DNA from: Fimbriosthenelais zetlandica
Lineage: Eukaryota
NCBI GenBank assembly: GCA_977030845.1
Contig: OZ365110.1
Coordinates: 19,096,001-19,160,000, forward strand
Direction: 5' to 3'
Length of the DNA stretch: 64,000 nucleotides
Positions 60,465-64,000 of this stretch are shown one piece after another (within the stretch, counting starts at the first letter, position 1; every line of letters begins with the position of its first letter). Under the pieces are notes generated by a model. That model was not told where the DNA came from. It was given only the letters and a program-made list of their open reading frames with translations, and made no database searches. Both the position numbers and the translations under genes were made by a program.

Positions 60465-63400
60465 CTGCAATAAACAATCGTCTATATGGTCTAACGGAAA
60501 TGTCAGTTGAAAGCATCGCAGAAAAAGACATCAATGTCAAATCAACGTCACTTTCTGACAACCTGGAAAATACGTTCAGACTCAAGAGCGGCCTACCACG
60601 CGAATTTAGAGTGACGGTGATGGAGTTGAATGAAATATATTAAGAGAATTATTGCCCGGATCCTCAGGTAGAAGAAAATGAATACTGCCTCATACAGTCC
60701 TTCAGCTAACTATGACCAAGCATCCGAATTCATCCACCCAGTGTGGATCTTCAATACATAACTGTAAACTTATCACCACGACTTGTATGTCACTGCTTCA
60801 TAAACTATACATTAACATTTTCGCTAATTAGAAATTGAACTCTCAATTCAAATATAGGCCATTATACTTCTCTCTCCCCCCACCCCCATCCCCCAAAAAG
60901 ATTCTGTATAATAATTTGTCAATTAATCTGCCCAACTTTGACAGCCTAAATTGGTGACGCCACAAGTGGTGCTGCATACATTTAGAGAGTTTACCCTCAC
61001 CTGTCGTCAAGGATCTATTGATTAGAAGCAATGATCGAATGTGCAGCGGACCGGAGAGCTGTCCCTGCATGGTGTCTGGGGACAGCTCCATCAGGTCTGC
61101 CACTATACAGCATCAACTGTGGATCCACTGTGTGGTAATCCATAGTGTTCCTTTGGCCTATAATAACGAACCTTTAAAACAATCAATAATGACTGATGAT
61201 AGTTTGTTTTATATTCACAATTCTTGTATTAACTCATCTTTGCTGAGTATAACATGTATCTATGTAGTTGCGCAGAACTGCATAATTTGATACACATACA
61301 ATTACATGTAGCTGAATCATGGTGTCTGTTAGGTCTATGTTCCAAGCCCAATGGGGAGTGTAGACTGTAATTGATGATTAATTATGCATATAATATATTC
61401 CAATTATGATAAATGGATTATGGTATAATGAGTCTATGCAATATGTACATCTCAAAATTCATGCATGTAGCCTATATATTTGCCAATAATACAGATATTA
61501 GCATCCTTGGTAGATATTTAGGTGTAGATTATGGACCGCATCCTTTGTCTTCTAACCCCAATGAGGACACATGATATCACCGGTTTCTTTTGATTTTTAA
61601 ACTCAAATGTATTTCTGTAGGTACAAGTGTAAGTGCGTTATTTGTCCGACATGGCAAGCAATGCCTTGATGTTTTGATAAAACTCCTCCCTGGTGCAGTT
61701 GGCTAATTATCATTACAATACGCTCAGTTGAAAATAATACAGTGCCCTGAGATTTAGGTAGTCTCAAAATTAATTGAAATGCCTGGATATAGCCTGCTTG
61801 CCTGAAAAGACAAAGGCTATAAAATTAAAACTAAAGACCATTAGAATCTGTCTTTCTCTCATGACAACTATTAAAAAGACACACGCGTGTATAAATCATT
61901 AAAATTGAAATGATAAAAAAATATAATCTATTGAAGATAAACACATAATATAAACAAATAGATGTAAAAGTACTGGACAATATACTGCAAGTAAAGAGTA
62001 ACAGAGATTGCATGACAAAAACATTGGATGAAAAGATGGACACAGATTGTTTACAATTACTTTTAGCCGTTCATAAACAAAATCCATGCATCAATTCTGA
62101 TAATCTAGGATAGTGGTCAAGAGAAGTAGCTAGGGGAATAAATTCTCACTATCATTTGTATATCCCACGGTTCTAATGAATACAATTTATGGAAGTTAGT
62201 AAATTGCTGTACTGATGGTTAGAAAACAAATACCATTATGTTATAACACAGCGAGGTGTGTATTAATAACTCGTAAAACCCATGAATATTTTAATTTATA
62301 TGAATGTTACTCAAATCTTAAATCTATATAAAACTTAAGAAATCTATAATACATACCTGGTTTAAGGCTGGTCAGCCTCACCCACTGACTAAGTCCATGT
62401 TGATTGATGGGATGTGTCAACACAGAGATCATAGGGTCAGATGGTCAGTTGTCTTGAGGTTAACTTTGTGAGACCTTACTGAAACGTTTACAATCCTAGG
62501 ATGGTATCCCACGGCCGCTCCTTCCCTGCAAGGACTAAAAGGTTCCTCCACTTGGTACATCTCATTTAAAGAAAGCTTCCCAAAGTTTTTTTAGACACAA
62601 ATCAAAATCAGTTTCACATTCAAAGTATCTTTGTCCAGGTCAATGAATGGCATTAAAAAAAACAGAGCAGCGTATATATGGATAAGGCAAATGGATAAGC
62701 ACGCTCAATAGAAACCATCCATTTAAGAAACCAAAAACATAACATTAAATATTGCTATTGCACGAGTCATTGCATGCTGCAAATGAACTTTTTCCTCAAT
62801 ATATGTATACCTATTAGTTTCCATTGTGACAATTCATACACAGTATATTTATTTAAGTAGCATTTGGTAGCATATAATAAAATAACATTATTATGATAGC
62901 CTGGGGGAGTTTTCTAACTGTGAAACCGCTAGGAGTCATCAATGGATTAACTGTCAATATGCTATCAGAGAGCGATACAAGAAAACTGTAAAAAATGAAT
63001 TAATTTAAGGCCGTATTACACTTGATGGTACCATGTTAAACAACTTTTTGTGCATTGTCCATGTAATAAAAAAAGCCATTTTATTCTCGCTTTCAAGTTC
63101 AATTAGTCTTCTTCTGGGTGTTTCATAAAAAAAAAATGGTCAAATATAGCAGAGCTTTTAATGACAGAACTTTAGTTCATGCATGAATGAAATATTTGGT
63201 TCCATGCCATCTTAAATTATATAAATAGATCTATGCTTAACTATATAAATTTAGTGTATATAAGGCCTTCTTCCTTATGATGACTGCACTGCAATTGCAT
63301 GTATACAATCATGGATTCTAGAATATGCATCATCAATATGTTATTTCTGAATAATAGATATCAATTCAAACATTTTTTGAACAAAAAACGTATGAACTCT

Positions 63401-63596
63401 GAACAAAAACCGTATGGACTCTGGCTATCACAAGATTGGCCTATAGCGCAATCTCAAAATATTATCAATAAGAAAGCGTGTGCTGCAGTGGGCCACCTTT
63501 TATGGGAGTAAAATAAAGTCACGCAACATCGATCATCATGAATGCTGATGACAGGTATTTGAAATGACCAAAGCACCTTTTACACTCCAGCCTGCC

Positions 63597-63633
63597 TATA
63601 TAAACACCTCCCATCCTCATCCCACCGTCAGAG
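63597..63633 (+). promoter_or_regulatory. TATA box plus initiator-like element
   Basis: TATATAAA at 63597-63604 and TCAG at 63628-63631 (A about 33 nt from the first T); ATG at 63745. Confidence 0.65.
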
Positions 63634-63744
63634 CTTTTCCATCATTTCTAACAGCAACACATCTCAAGTACCCACACCCACATTAACTACTCCAAACCTC
63701 ACTTATTCCATTGTCAGTGCACTCAAACTTACATTTCAAGCACA

Positions 63745-63886
63745 ATGAAGCTCATTTTCGGACTCTGCCTAATAGCAACTTACCTGCTTTCGGTTTCAGC
63801 AATGGATAAAATGGACAAAATGGATAAAAAGGACATGATGATGGAGAATAAGGATAAGATGAAGAAGATGCCAAAGCCAGAGCCAA
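63745..63886 (+). CDS. First coding exon of a secreted Met/Lys/Asp-rich protein (incomplete)
   Basis: acaATG; MKLIFGLCLIATYLLSVSA (signal peptide) followed by MDKMDKMDKKDMMMENKDKMKKMPKPEP; phase-1 donor A/GTAAGC at 63887. Confidence 0.8.
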
Positions 63887-64000
63887 GTAAGCTAATTTAA
63901 ACAATTATACTCAAATGATTTTCTTTCTAAAAATTTAATTAATTTGTCAACCTTATATGTATAGACCTCAGTTTTGTCTGGTAACGCCGGATAAATGAAT

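Noticed and set aside
61050-61150. Twin hairpins as an H/ACA snoRNA
   Set aside because: No ANANNA H box between the stems and no correctly placed ACA on either strand; more likely part of a UTR exon.
62447-62464. X-box upstream of the ODAD1-like gene
   Set aside because: GTTGTC-TTGA-GGTAAC has a 4-nt spacer and an imperfect left half, outside the usual consensus.

Overview
Eukaryotic, AT-rich (about 36% GC by eye) animal genomic DNA with short spliceosomal introns. It is most likely a marine invertebrate bilaterian; a lophotrochozoan is my guess, not established. No CRISPR arrays, rRNA or tRNA genes were seen. Nine protein-coding loci were reconstructed by hand from splice sites and exon phases. 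On +: the 3' end of an acidic/low-complexity protein gene (to 6652); an intronless 1178-aa orphan multi-pass membrane protein (8577-12113); a TspanC8-type tetraspanin (15581-19202); a soluble guanylyl cyclase of beta2 type (20933-28135); a Ser-rich 362-aa ORF (31304-32392); and the first exon of a secreted Met/Lys/Asp-rich protein (63745-63886, runs off the window). On -: a coiled-coil/low-complexity gene with two possible 3' ends (41423-45888, 5' end tentative); an IGFBP7/KAZALD1-like gene (51409-54557); and an ODAD1/CCDC63-like dynein-docking gene (57115-60464). The most unusual items are five. (1) Two copies of a 2.85-kb non-autonomous CACTA/CMC element with different 2-bp TSDs sit in inverted orientation 682 bp apart, forming a 6.4-kb near-palindrome and carrying spliceable exon cassettes. 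(2) The orphan membrane protein ends in a PDZ-type ESSV, and its TAG is followed by 93 in-frame sense codons (readthrough candidate). (3) The sGC has an intact heme site without the distal Tyr, a complete single-chain catalytic site and a CaaX tail. (4) The palindrome TAGGCCTA is roughly 30-fold enriched and clusters around the transposon pair. (5) A secreted Met-rich protein begins at the window edge. All counts and alignments were done by eye.
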